Shown: positions 27,078 through 37,290, counted from the first letter of the stretch. The stretch is 64,000 nucleotides of DNA from Clostridia bacterium (GCA_041687355.1 JAWLCD010000012.1:1665-65664); one strand, 5' to 3'. Translations and numbers: made by a program. Notes: generated by a model from the letters alone, not told the origin.

Positions 27078-28367
27078 TTATACAACGGCTCCGAGGAGCA
27101 TAATTTCCTCATTCCTGTTGTATATTTCATTCAATTGCGTTATGGGCAGGGGATTTACACCCCTTCCTACTTCTACAGTATATCCCGGTCTCCTGTATTC
27201 TTGAACAAACCAGTCCTTGTATCCTGCATAGGCAGCCTCACCCGGATTTTCCGAAATAGCATATCCGCTTGCACGTGAAAACAGTCTGGCTATACGAAGA
27301 GCCTCAGGCGGCGCCAAGTCCTGGAACTGCCAGAAAATCACCTGCCCCTGACTGTGATATGCTATTACCAGTCTGAAGTCATGCTCTCTGGTAAAATCTG
27401 CAACCGCTCTAGTCTCTGGCTCTGATAAAGGTGCCGGGCCAACATATTCTCTTGGGGCCGGCCCTGTGATACCCTGGGCAAGCTGCTGTTCCCTGGCACG
27501 TTCCCATAAAGCCGGATAATTTATATTTAGGTCAACACCCCTGATATTTGCTTTCCAAACCCTTGGCAGAGGCAGGCCTGTATTATTTAATTCAGCTGCC
27601 TGCTGGTATGTGGGATTTGTATAATTTGGCCAAAGCGCTACAAGGTCAACCCCATCCGGATTTACCATAGGCATGATGTATATTGAACTTCTTCTCCATA
27701 TGTCCCTTACATTGTATCCTCTAATGTTTCTCCCCGTGGCAAATGCATCGGCAAAATTCTCTGCAAACTTCATCACCAAGGGTGAAGTTATTGCTTCATT
27801 TGCGTGATGGGCTGCATTGTAGAAAACCTCGTTGGGGCCTCTGCCAAGCCTTATATAGTAAAGATTTTTGCCCATTACGCTTCTTCCTGCAACCCCAACT
27901 TCAACGAACGGATATCTTATCCTGAGTTCTTGAATGTCTCTCTCCATGATATCATAGGTGTACTCAACATCGGTAAATACAACCGGCAAGCCATATGGAA
28001 CTACAATCCTCTGGCCTACCCGCAGTGCTTCGGGTTGTAAGCCCGGGTTAGCGGTCTGAATAGCAATTACTGTTGTAGCATATCTTCTGGCTATGTTAAA
28101 AAGGGTATCTCCTGGACGTATAGTATATACTGCATATCCTCTGAGGTATCTCTCAAGTGCATTCCATGTTGCCGGTCCTACTATTCCGTCAGGCGTAAGT
28201 CCAAAGTCCCTTTGGAATTGTATTACCGCCTGACGGGTCTGCGGTCCGAATACTCCATCAACTGGTCCCGGATTGTATCCCAGCCTGGCAAGCAAGCTCT
28301 GAAGCAGTCTAACATATGGTCCTCTTGAACCTAGAGTTAACGTCTCGATTTTCATCCCTACCTTCAT
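27078..28367 (-). CDS. M14-family gamma-D-glutamyl-(L)-diamino acid endopeptidase with PG-binding and LysM domains
   Basis: PG_binding_1 repeat (LGYNPGPVDGVFGPQTRQAVIQFQ), LysM (YTIRPGDTLFNIARRY), and an M14 zinc motif region (AAHHANEAITS). Confidence 0.85.
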   Translation of the reverse strand: MKVGMKIETLTLGSRGPYVRLLQSLLARLGYNPGPVDGVFGPQTRQAVIQFQRDFGLTPDGIVGPATWNALERYLRGYAVYTIRPGDTLFNIARRYATTVIAIQTANPGLQPEALRVGQRIVVPYGLPVVFTDVEYTYDIMERDIQELRIRYPFVEVGVAGRSVMGKNLYYIRLGRGPNEVFYNAAHHANEAITSPLVMKFAENFADAFATGRNIRGYNVRDIWRRSSIYIMPMVNPDGVDLVALWPNYTNPTYQQAAELNNTGLPLPRVWKANIRGVDLNINYPALWERAREQQLAQGITGPAPREYVGPAPLSEPETRAVADFTREHDFRLVIAYHSQGQVIFWQFQDLAPPEALRIARLFSRASGYAISENPGEAAYAGYKDWFVQEYRRPGYTVEVGRGVNPLPITQLNEIYNRNEEIMLLGAVV

Positions 28368-28501
28368 ATAGTTTTACTATATACTATTCATTTTAAAGGA
28401 AAATGTGGCTATCCAGTGAATCTTTTACAGGCAATCCTGCAATTACATGTCACCCTCAGCTGCCTGCTGAAATAAATTAATACTAATCATTTTATATTGA
28501 G

Positions 28502-29800
28502 GTGATTATTTTGAATATTCATACCGTAACCAGCGGTGAATCCCTCTGGACAATATCGCGAAGATATAATATACCTGTGCAAAGCATTGCTGCATCCAAT
28601 GCCCTAACCTCTCCTTACAGGCTTGTTGTCGGTCAGAGTCTGGTAATTCCACAAGCTGCGCAGAGACACACTGTCAGAGCCGGCGAAACATTATTTACAA
28701 TAGCCCGCCGGTACGATGTTCCATCAGATTATCTTGCGGATGTAAATACAATACCGCCCGGCGGTGTACTTTACCCCGGACAGGTGCTGATAATTCCTGC
28801 CCAGTCCAACCGGTTCGGTACACTGGAGGTTAATGCATACGCCGAGCCAACTGGAAATCCACAGGCTGACCTCAGGGCATTTGAGGAAGCTGCGGGATAC
28901 CTGACCTATTTAAGCCTTTTCAGCTATAGAGTGACCGAGGCTGGAGAGCTGATACCTCCTCCTGATGTTGGACCGCTCCTCACTGCTGCACGTCAGAGAG
29001 GTATTGCTCCACTTATGGTTATTACAAACTTTCGCGATGGTACATTTGATTCAGAATTGGCAGATGTAATACTTAGAAATAACGAAATACAGGAGAACCT
29101 TATAAATAATATACTGGAAACTTTGAGGACTCAGAATTACTATGGGATAAATATTGATTTTGAGAGAGTTCCTCCAAGAGACCGGGACCTTTATACAACA
29201 TTTGTGAGAAGAGTTGGCGATAGGATTAGACCTGAAGGATACAGCCTTTCTGTAGCCCTTGCTCCCAAAATTTCTGCTGAACAGGTAGGTGCCTGGTACG
29301 AGGCACATGACTACGGAGGCCTGGGTACAGTAGCTGATTTCGTTATTTTAATGACCTATGAATGGGGTTGGTCCGGCGGCCCCCCACTGGCTGTTGCACC
29401 AATTAACCAGGTAAGAAGAGTGCTGGACTATGCAGTATCGGTTATTCCAAGAAATAAAATAATAATGGGAATGCCTTTATACGGTTATGACTGGACACTT
29501 CCATACAGACCCGGTGGACCATTTGCCAGAAGGGTAAGCCCGGTACAGGCTGTACAAAGGGCAGTTCAATACAATGCAAGAATTGAATATGACCAAACTG
29601 CACAGTCGCCGTCTTTCACATACTACGATGAAGGTGGCACTCAACATGTTGTCTGGTTTGAGGACCCCAGAAGTGTTTTAGCAAAGTTCAGGCTTGCAGA
29701 TAACTATGGACTTCGTGGAGTAAGCTATTGGGTCCTGGGAAGCCCGTTCCCGCAGAACTGGATAATTCTTGAGGATTTGTTTCAGATAAGAAGGGTGTAG
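28502..29800 (+). CDS. GH18 spore cortex hydrolase-like protein with two LysM domains (SleL/YaaH-like)
   Basis: Two LysM domains at the N-terminus. The GH18 catalytic region is GINIDFE. Confidence 0.85.
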   Translation: MIILNIHTVTSGESLWTISRRYNIPVQSIAASNALTSPYRLVVGQSLVIPQAAQRHTVRAGETLFTIARRYDVPSDYLADVNTIPPGGVLYPGQVLIIPAQSNRFGTLEVNAYAEPTGNPQADLRAFEEAAGYLTYLSLFSYRVTEAGELIPPPDVGPLLTAARQRGIAPLMVITNFRDGTFDSELADVILRNNEIQENLINNILETLRTQNYYGINIDFERVPPRDRDLYTTFVRRVGDRIRPEGYSLSVALAPKISAEQVGAWYEAHDYGGLGTVADFVILMTYEWGWSGGPPLAVAPINQVRRVLDYAVSVIPRNKIIMGMPLYGYDWTLPYRPGGPFARRVSPVQAVQRAVQYNARIEYDQTAQSPSFTYYDEGGTQHVVWFEDPRSVLAKFRLADNYGLRGVSYWVLGSPFPQNWIILEDLFQIRRV

Positions 29801-29822
29801 GAATAATAATACACAAAGTTAT

Positions 29823-29856
29823 GGCCGGGTTTGTCTTATGCAGCCCCGGCCTTTTA
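29823..29856 (+). terminator. Terminator
   Basis: GGCCGGG / CCCGGCC stem followed by TTTT. Confidence 0.65.
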
Positions 29857-29870
29857 ATAGATAACTAATT

Positions 29871-30647
29871 CTAGTATGTGTATACCATTCTGCCTATCCT
29901 TATTGCAATAGGCCTTGACCAAAGCCACTTATTAGTTGCACTGTCATCAAAATAGTATATGGCACCTCGAGTCGGGTCACTGCCGTGAAGCGCATCATAG
30001 GCTGCATTTTTCGCACTTTCAGATGCCGGTCTGTGTATCCATCCGTTTTCAACCGGCGTAAACTGATAGAAGGCGGAAGATTTTTGATATATAACTGAGT
30101 TTAATGTATTTGGAAATATTGAGCTCTTTACCCTGTTTATAACTACCGCTCCTACCCCAACCTTTGCATTGTACGGCTCACTGTCAGCCTCAGCAGTAAT
30201 CAACCTTGCCAGCAAATCAAAGTCGCTGTAATTGTATGGTATAACACCTCGGGTTACATAGTTCCTGGACGTGCTGCTGCTCTGCGATACTACTCCCGGT
30301 AAATTAAGCTTCTGGCCCGGGTAGATACGATTATCCCACTCGTGGTTGGCCCTTTTAAGGGAATAAAGAGAAATCCTGTATCTAGCGGCTATTTTATAAA
30401 GTGCATCACCGCTTTTGACCGTATAAATATCGGCCGGAACCTTGAGAGCTTGTCCGGGATAAATTGAAGTATTGGACATGCCGTTATATTTCATGATGGT
30501 GCTTACGGATGTTTCAAACAGATTTGCAATCTTATAAAGTGTGTCGTTGCGAATTACCTTGTAAGTGCCTGCATGTACGGGATTGGTTAGTATAAGAAGC
30601 AAAGGTATGGAAAACAGAAAAGCCTTTACCTTCTTCAAACATAGCAT
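29871..30647 (-). CDS. SleB/CwlJ-type cell wall hydrolase with two LysM domains
   Basis: Signal peptide, two LysM domains, and a Hydrolase_2-type C-terminus (LLARLITAEADSEPY..KVGVGAVVINR...YQFTPV). Confidence 0.85.
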   Translation of the reverse strand: MLCLKKVKAFLFSIPLLLILTNPVHAGTYKVIRNDTLYKIANLFETSVSTIMKYNGMSNTSIYPGQALKVPADIYTVKSGDALYKIAARYRISLYSLKRANHEWDNRIYPGQKLNLPGVVSQSSSTSRNYVTRGVIPYNYSDFDLLARLITAEADSEPYNAKVGVGAVVINRVKSSIFPNTLNSVIYQKSSAFYQFTPVENGWIHRPASESAKNAAYDALHGSDPTRGAIYYFDDSATNKWLWSRPIAIRIGRMVYTY

Positions 30648-30654
30648 AAAGATA

Positions 30655-30775
30655 CCCCCTTGAGCCTCCGGGGTTAGTTGACGGGTTAGGGTTGAGGTAC
30701 CCCCTCTCGATTCCGAGATTCACCCCTGGAATTTTTATCCCCCGTACTCCGTATGGAGATTCGGCATATCTTTTC
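30655..30775 (-). promoter_or_regulatory. Cyclic-di-AMP riboswitch (ydaO/yuaA motif) in the leader of the SleB-like gene
   Basis: The minus-strand RNA reads GCCGAAUC..ACGGGGGA..CCAGGGGUGAAUC..AGGGGG..CCUAACCCGUCAACUAACCCCGGAGGC. This matches the blocks I recall from the B. subtilis ydaO element (GCGGGGGACCCA, GGGGUGAAUCC, CCGAACCCGUCAGCUAACCUCG). Confidence 0.75.
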
Positions 30776-30934
30776 TTTTATTGTAACAGCCAACTTTACT
30801 TCAGTTCCATACTGAATATTTGGTATAACAGGTATATAAAGCCTTAAATTTTTTTTGTAGACTGTCCATATCTAAAATGGTAGAATTAAAATGAAAATAT
30901 TTACCATGCCAAAATTTCTTTTCCGGAGGTAGTA

Positions 30935-32272
30935 ATGTCTGAGTTTTATCCCAAACTGAAGCTGGTTAAACTTGCATTGGAATGCCTATCGGTCTATAGA
31001 AATCTGATTGATGACAAAGTTGTGGGAAAACTATATGCATTGATTGAGTATCTATGGAGTAATAATATTAATCTTGGCTCTTTCGTCAAGCTTTATAATG
31101 AATTTTACTTCGAACTAGCCTCAAACAATCCTGAACTCTCCCTTAAAAACTATATTATTCAATTTATACTGTATGAGGAAAATCCATTCTCGCTAAGAAC
31201 TGAATCATTAGAGCTTCAAAAAGTCGAGAAATCATTAGTTAAAGCCGTGTCGAACGATTTAAATGGGCTTCAGCTTATTTCCGATACATCTTCAACACTG
31301 ATAAAGCAATCTGCCGGCATGCTCTTTGATATATCCGAGCTTGAATCCGGTATTATTGAAAAGCTTCCTGAATGGGGAACTGATAATGTTTCATCGGTTT
31401 ATACCGGTGCTCAGGATTTTGTAATTCACCTCAGTTCTTGTAAGAATTGGGGCGAATGTGTTCAGCATTTGTCAGAATATCACAAGAACAACGGTTCAGG
31501 AATTTTCGCCCGATATAAGGCTTTTATCTGGAGAAGAGCAGGGGACAATCATGGCTTTATTGAAGGCATTGCTGCCCCTGACCCGGTTACCTTTTCCGAC
31601 CTCATAGGTTATGATGAGGAACAATCTGAAGTAATAGAAAATACACTCAGATTCCTCAAGGGATACCCATCCAACAATATGCTCTTATATGGAGACAGGG
31701 GAACAGGTAAATCTTCTACTGTCAAGGCTCTGCTGAACAAATACCATATGCGGGGTCTGCGTATTGTGGAAGTACCTAAAGCCTGTCTACCCGACTTCCC
31801 TGATATCATTAAGCAGCTCCGAGACCGGAACCTAAAGTTTATCGTCTTCATAGATGACCTTGCATTTGATGACAGCAAGAATTCGTACACATCGTTAAAA
31901 GCTGTTCTGGAAGGAGGTATGGAAGTCAAACCTGAAAATATGCTGATTTATGCAACTTCCAACCGGCGGCATCTAATAAAAGAGAGGTTCAGTGACAGAA
32001 ACGATGAAGTTCATTCCGGAGATGCAATGCAGGAAAAGCTGTCACTGGCTGACAGGTTTGGTATTACCGTTATATTCGCCTCACCCGATAAGAAAAAATA
32101 TCTTGAAATAGTTGAAGGAATTGTTCAAAAAAGAGGATTGAAAATAGACAGGAAGCTTTTGCATGAGGAGGCGCTGAAATGGGAACTCCAGCACAGCGGA
32201 CCTTCTCCCCGAACGGCCCGGCAGTTTGTGGACTGGCTGGTAGGCAGTGTTACGGAAGATATAAAGGAATAG
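30935..32272 (+). CDS. AAA-type ATPase (DUF815 family)
   Basis: Walker A LLYGDRGTGKSS and Walker B FIVFIDDL. The long N-terminal helical region is typical of DUF815. Confidence 0.8.
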   Translation: MSEFYPKLKLVKLALECLSVYRNLIDDKVVGKLYALIEYLWSNNINLGSFVKLYNEFYFELASNNPELSLKNYIIQFILYEENPFSLRTESLELQKVEKSLVKAVSNDLNGLQLISDTSSTLIKQSAGMLFDISELESGIIEKLPEWGTDNVSSVYTGAQDFVIHLSSCKNWGECVQHLSEYHKNNGSGIFARYKAFIWRRAGDNHGFIEGIAAPDPVTFSDLIGYDEEQSEVIENTLRFLKGYPSNNMLLYGDRGTGKSSTVKALLNKYHMRGLRIVEVPKACLPDFPDIIKQLRDRNLKFIVFIDDLAFDDSKNSYTSLKAVLEGGMEVKPENMLIYATSNRRHLIKERFSDRNDEVHSGDAMQEKLSLADRFGITVIFASPDKKKYLEIVEGIVQKRGLKIDRKLLHEEALKWELQHSGPSPRTARQFVDWLVGSVTEDIKE

Positions 32273-32309
32273 CCCATATGTTCAAAAACATATGAGCTAT
32301 TGGTTTTTT
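32271..32309 (+). terminator. Terminator
   Basis: 12-bp stem AGCCCATATGTT / AACATATGAGCT with one mismatch, followed by TTGGTTTTTT. Confidence 0.7.
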
Positions 32310-32691
32310 AGAAGTATCTTTCCGCTTTCAGGACTGCCGAAAGGCTTTCGGTCAGAAAGCACTTTTCAATAAAGTAAGACTTTTCAACCCATACACATCC
32401 ATGAGGTGCTTTTACATGAGCTGCTACTTCCCTCACTATCAGTCTGATATTGCCAGGGTCTTCTATCGAGCTTGCAAACCCTTCATCCAATACCTGTTCT
32501 CTTATGATTCTTACAGGCTGATTCCCAAAATCGGATAGTACAAGTGACGCTATTCTCCCAGGAACATGAAGTTCGGATGCAAGAAGTTCAATCTTACCAT
32601 TAGGTCTGCGGTAAACTACTTCCTTGTTACGCGTAACGGTCTTGCACAGTATTCCATACTTCTTTTGTCTAACAGATTCCGAAGAGTACAT
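32308..32691 (-). CDS. Hypothetical protein (127 aa)
   Basis: Intact ORF with a GGAGG RBS. The family was not recognised. Confidence 0.5.
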   Translation of the reverse strand: MYSSESVRQKKYGILCKTVTRNKEVVYRRPNGKIELLASELHVPGRIASLVLSDFGNQPVRIIREQVLDEGFASSIEDPGNIRLIVREVAAHVKAPHGCVWVEKSYFIEKCFLTESLSAVLKAERYF

Positions 32692-33013
32692 AATTTAAAC
32701 CTCCTTTTTTTCGCCCCCACATGGTGCGGGAAATACGTCCTGACATTTGAAACAGCTTGCGTCAATTACTACTTTTCAGGCCATAAAGACCTTCTAGCTT
32801 TTTCAACTACTAGAGCGGCCAATCAGAGAGCTCAAACAAAAAACAAACACATATATGCTATTCATTATACTAAACTCTATTGTGCTTTTAAAGCATTTTA
32901 TGTAATTTAAATTGAACTTACCCTCTAATCAGCTCAAATTATGTAGAATTAAAAAACCAGCCTGCAGGAGTTTCCCACAGGCCTTTGTCTTAGCTTAGCT
33001 TATCCAGCTGATA

Positions 33014-34240
33014 TTAAATATCGGATTCGACATTCAATTCAGTTATGGGCTGTTCGCTTATAATCTTAAGCTTCTCCAGAATTGTCAGTGTTACGCTGAG
33101 AAGTATTGCAACCACAGTTGCCAGCGCCATTCCCTTAAGCTGAATGGCTCCTACGTTTACTGCCGTACCACTTACTCCTATAATAAACACAACTGCAGTC
33201 AGAATAAGGTTTCTGGATTTGCTGTAGTCAATCTTCGATTCGATAAGCATTCTTATACCTGATGCTGCAATTACTCCGAACAGAAGTATGCATATTCCTC
33301 CCATAACAGGTACGGGTATGCTCGAGATTACAGCCGACAGTTTACCTACAAATGCTAGAATAATTGATATTACAGCTGCACCTCCTATTACCCAGACACT
33401 AAAGACCCGTGTTATAGCCATAACACCCATATTCTCGCCATAAGTTGTGGTCGGAACAGAGCCTGAGAAGCCTGACAGCATGGTTGACATGCCATCTCCC
33501 AGCATTGTCCTGTGCAGACCAGGGTCTTTTACCAGATTCCTTTCAACTATATTGCCGGTAACAACCAGATGGCCTATATGCTCAGCTACAACAACCAGTG
33601 TGGCGGGCAAGATAATCAATATCGCATTGAATTCAAAAACAGGTATAGTGAACTCCGGCAAGCTAAGCCAGGACGCATTTATTATAGGCTGATAATCTAT
33701 TATTCCGGGATTATTAATATTCATTACAGCTGCCAGTCCATATCCAAAAAGCACTGCTATGAAGACCGGAATAATTGCCAGGAAACCTCTAAACACGAGT
33801 GAACCGAAAACCACCACCAGCAGGGTGGATATAGATATTATCAGTGAACTGGTATTATAACCACCATCTTCACCAGGCAGAAACCCGGCCATGCCTGCAG
33901 CTGCACCGCCAAGCTCCAAACCGATAAGTGCCACAATTGCGCCCATTGCAGCAGGCGGAAGAACAACGCCAAGCCATTTGGTTCCAACCTTGCTGATTAG
34001 CAGAGCAAGAAGTATAAATACCAGACCTGATACTATGTAGCCTCCAAAAGCCATTGCGAAGTTTTCCTTGTAGCTTGTTGAACTCACGATTATTGACACC
34101 GTTGGAGAAACAAATGCAAAGCTTGAACCTAAAAACGCGGGTACTTTACCTTTACATAAAAAAAGGAAAAGCAGTGTACCGATTCCATAACTTTGAGCTT
34201 GTTCGCTTGTTAATTCGCCAGTACTGTTTACAGGCAGCAT
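33014..34240 (-). CDS. uraA: Uracil permease (NCS2 family, UraA/PyrP-like), apparently lacking the N-terminal TM1 segment
   Basis: GIGTLLFLFLCKGKVPAFLGSSFAFVSP, AEHIGH and TTTYGENMGVMAITRV closely follow UraA as I recall it. Only 18 residues precede GIGT, against about 50 in UraA. Confidence 0.8.
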   Translation of the reverse strand: MLPVNSTGELTSEQAQSYGIGTLLFLFLCKGKVPAFLGSSFAFVSPTVSIIVSSTSYKENFAMAFGGYIVSGLVFILLALLISKVGTKWLGVVLPPAAMGAIVALIGLELGGAAAGMAGFLPGEDGGYNTSSLIISISTLLVVVFGSLVFRGFLAIIPVFIAVLFGYGLAAVMNINNPGIIDYQPIINASWLSLPEFTIPVFEFNAILIILPATLVVVAEHIGHLVVTGNIVERNLVKDPGLHRTMLGDGMSTMLSGFSGSVPTTTYGENMGVMAITRVFSVWVIGGAAVISIILAFVGKLSAVISSIPVPVMGGICILLFGVIAASGIRMLIESKIDYSKSRNLILTAVVFIIGVSGTAVNVGAIQLKGMALATVVAILLSVTLTILEKLKIISEQPITELNVESDI

Positions 34241-34342
34241 CTTTTATTCTAAAATGGATAAGGGAGTTGGAAAAACTTCTATCAAAGAACTCTTTGACCA
34301 TTTAGGTAAAAAAACATTTCTCAGGAAAGGATATATCTAATC

Positions 34343-34912
34343 ATGCAGGAATTGAAGCAGAGAATCTTGTCGGATGGCAGGGTAATAGGTCAAAATATAC
34401 TTAAAGTGGACAACTTCCTTAACCACCAGATTGACGTTAGTCTATTGAACAGAATCGGAGTAGAGTTTAAGAATATTTTCTCGGGTGAAGATATTACACG
34501 CATCCTGACTGTTGAGGCATCCGGCATTTCTGTTGCCTGCCTTACGGCGTTGCACTTCAATGTTCCGGTTGTATTTGCAAAGAAATCTTCTTCAAAGAAT
34601 CTCAATGATGATACATATGAGAGTGAGGTATATTCATATACAAGAGGTATAAGCTATCGGATGAGGGTATCCAAAAGATATATCAACCACGGTGACAGAG
34701 TTCTGATAATTGATGACTTCCTTGCCAACGGCAATGCTGTGCTGGGATTAAAAAAAATCATTGATGAGGCCGGCTCTGTATTAGTAGGTGCCGGAATAGT
34801 CATTGAAAAAGGGTTTCAGGATGGCGGACGACTCCTGAGAGCTCAAGGAATCCGGGTTGAATCGCTTGCAGTAATCGAATCAATGAAAGAAGGGGAAATT
34901 TTTTTCGCATGA
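34343..34912 (+). CDS. xpt: Xanthine phosphoribosyltransferase
   Basis: MQELKQRILSDG.V....ILKVDNFLNHQID and the PRPP loop VLIIDDFLANG are present. Confidence 0.92.
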   Translation: MQELKQRILSDGRVIGQNILKVDNFLNHQIDVSLLNRIGVEFKNIFSGEDITRILTVEASGISVACLTALHFNVPVVFAKKSSSKNLNDDTYESEVYSYTRGISYRMRVSKRYINHGDRVLIIDDFLANGNAVLGLKKIIDEAGSVLVGAGIVIEKGFQDGGRLLRAQGIRVESLAVIESMKEGEIFFA

Positions 34913-34942
34913 CTCTCTCCCCTTCCTCCATTTTCTTCTACC

Positions 34943-35845
34943 TCAAATCAGTGAGGTACTGAAATACCTTTCCGCCCTGTCGGCAAGTATAGTTGCTACA
35001 GTCTTTTGATCACCGTACTTTTCAACCATTTTCTGCGAAGCCCAGACATTAGCTCCTGATGAAGTTCCAGCAAGCGTACCCATTACCCTGGCAAGATTCC
35101 TTGCTGTTTCAACCGCATCATCATCCGTGACCTCTACAACCTCGTCTATCAGAGAAGTGTCTAGGACCGGTGGAATAAAGCCGTCACCTATGCCCTGAAT
35201 TTTATGCAGTCCGGGTTCATCTCCCAGCAGTGCAGAAACATTCCTGGGTTCAACGGCAGTAACTATACAGTCCGGATTCCTCTCCTTAAGGAATTTCCCG
35301 ACTCCGGCAAGTGTCCCTCCGCTTCCTAGTCCCGATACAAATACATCAACCTTTCGCTCAAGCTGTTCCCAGATCTCCGGGGCTGTAGTCAAGTAATGAA
35401 TTTTAGGGTTATCGGGATTCTCAAACTGTTGAGGTACAAAGATTTCAGGATTCTCTTTCAGCCGCCTCTCTACTTCCTCCACAGTACCTCCTATGCTTTT
35501 TTCTGCCGGAGTAAGTATAAGTTCGGCACCAAGAGCCTTTATGATTTTTTTTCGCTCCTCGCTCATATTCTCCGGCATTACTATAAAAACCTTGTAGCCC
35601 TTCTGTACACCTGCAAGAGCAACCCCTATGCCTGTATTTCCCGATGTAGGTTCCATTATTGTCATGCCAGGCTTTAGCTCCCCTCTTCTCTCTGCTTCTT
35701 CAATCATATATCTTGCGATTCGATCCTTTATGCTTCCACCAGGGTTTAAAAACTCAGCCTTTGCAAATATCTTACTCCCCGTCATTTTTTTAAGTGATAT
35801 GATAGGAGTATTCCCTATCAAATCCAGGACTGTTGAAACTACCAT
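34943..35845 (-). CDS. cysK: Cysteine synthase A (O-acetylserine sulfhydrylase)
   Basis: The PLP-lysine region EFLNPGGSIKDR and the TSGNTGIG loop are present. Length is 300 aa. Confidence 0.9.
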   Translation of the reverse strand: MVVSTVLDLIGNTPIISLKKMTGSKIFAKAEFLNPGGSIKDRIARYMIEEAERRGELKPGMTIMEPTSGNTGIGVALAGVQKGYKVFIVMPENMSEERKKIIKALGAELILTPAEKSIGGTVEEVERRLKENPEIFVPQQFENPDNPKIHYLTTAPEIWEQLERKVDVFVSGLGSGGTLAGVGKFLKERNPDCIVTAVEPRNVSALLGDEPGLHKIQGIGDGFIPPVLDTSLIDEVVEVTDDDAVETARNLARVMGTLAGTSSGANVWASQKMVEKYGDQKTVATILADRAERYFSTSLI

Positions 35846-36114
35846 ATAAACTCCTCTCGCATTTCTTTAATATATTTTTAGTATATCAATAATCAAAATA
35901 TCCCAAACCTCAGTAATTTATTAATCCGAAATAATAAATATATTCGCAAGTTAATTCATTTCCCCTACAACTAGAAGGAGAATAATTTCTTCGAAGAACT
36001 ACTTAATTCAAGTGTCCAGTATCCAGTTGTATGCCCGTTCAAATTATTAAGAAGGACTTCTCACCTATGTTGTAGAATACTTACTCCAATACATACTACA
36101 AAGGAGATGTTGAG

Positions 36115-37290
36115 ATGAAAATCAGACAGTTTATTGGAATCATTCTTCTAACGCTTCTACTATCAGTAAGTACTGCCGCTCTTGCCGAGGATAAAGTCAG
36201 CCAAAAGCACTGGGTATATGAGCAGCTTGTCGGGTTTAAACAATGTATTATTCCCCTGAAGGAAAATATCTCAGACTCTGGTCCAATTACCAGAGAGGAA
36301 TGGGAAGTAATCCATTCGACCGTGCTGAGTGAAGATAACCTTGATAAACCTATACATACTGCCCACTGGGCTATTCTACTAAAAATGATTCTGGACCCCG
36401 ATAAAGGTAAAAGAGACGGTTAGATGCTGGATATGTATGTCTATCAATTATCAGGCAGTTCAGTTATTCTTAGAGAGGATGCAGTTGGAGGACTTGTAAA
36501 ACTATTAACGGCCGGATATATTTCAGCCAGCTGGTCGGCTGAACAACTTGAGCCATCCAGTACCCTTAAGGATATTGAAGATATAAGCGACAGACAGTCT
36601 TCATTGGTTAAGGCAGCTTTCTGCGAAGGTATACTTGACTCTAATACATCCGACTACTTCAGACCAAAGGACCCTCTTACCAATGCTGAGGCTGTTTCGA
36701 TGCTTTACAGGGTTATCCAGAAATATAATATTCAGTTCAACCAGAATATTATATTTCCAAAATCGCATTGGGCATCTTCATCAATTAATAGCTATATCAT
36801 TAATGTCAAGCCTTCTGGCGAAAATTTGACTGTATTGAATAGTATGGTTGATACCTTGACTAAATCTAATATTCTGGACTCTCCGGTTGAAATTCAAAAA
36901 TGGAACGACCTAGTGATTAATACCTTGAAGCTTAAAGACAGCAAATATGAAGCTGATTTTCTGCAGAGTTACACTTACGGTCTCTCCGATGGCAAGCATA
37001 TAACCAGAGACAGAGCCGTTGCCGGACTGGTCAAGCTTCTTCATGTTGCTGAACTGGTAAAAGGCAGGGACGCAACCAATAAAGAACTTCAGGTTACTGC
37101 CCAAAGGTTTGCTGATTTTCAGAAGGTATTTGACAAAAGTAAGCTTGCTATTGCAGATAGTGAAGGGTTGATTTACGGTTATAAGGACAGCCTTTTTCGC
37201 CCTGAAAGAATGCTTACAAACGGTGAAGCAGTGGCACTTATAGACAGAGTTGTAGAAAAGTACCTTATTGAGCATAGTGTCTATCAATGA
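36115..37290 (+). pseudogene. SLH-like cell-surface protein interrupted by a single in-frame TAG (36421-36423); alternatively two adjacent CDS (36115..36423 and 36424..37290)
   Basis: Both ORFs are in the same frame, and the junction reads GGT TAG ATG. Only the first ORF has a signal peptide (ILLTLLLSVSTAALA). Both contain SLH-like segments. Confidence 0.55.

Noticed and set aside
34241-34342. Expected purine riboswitch upstream of xpt
   Set aside because: The ~100-bp spacer lacks the UAUAAU...GGAUAUGGC...CCGUAAAU..ACUAUG core. No three-way junction could be drawn.
36421-36423. In-frame TAG as pyrrolysine
   Set aside because: There are no pyl genes or methylamine methyltransferases in the window, and the context is a surface protein. 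A nonsense mutation or a two-gene junction is far more likely.
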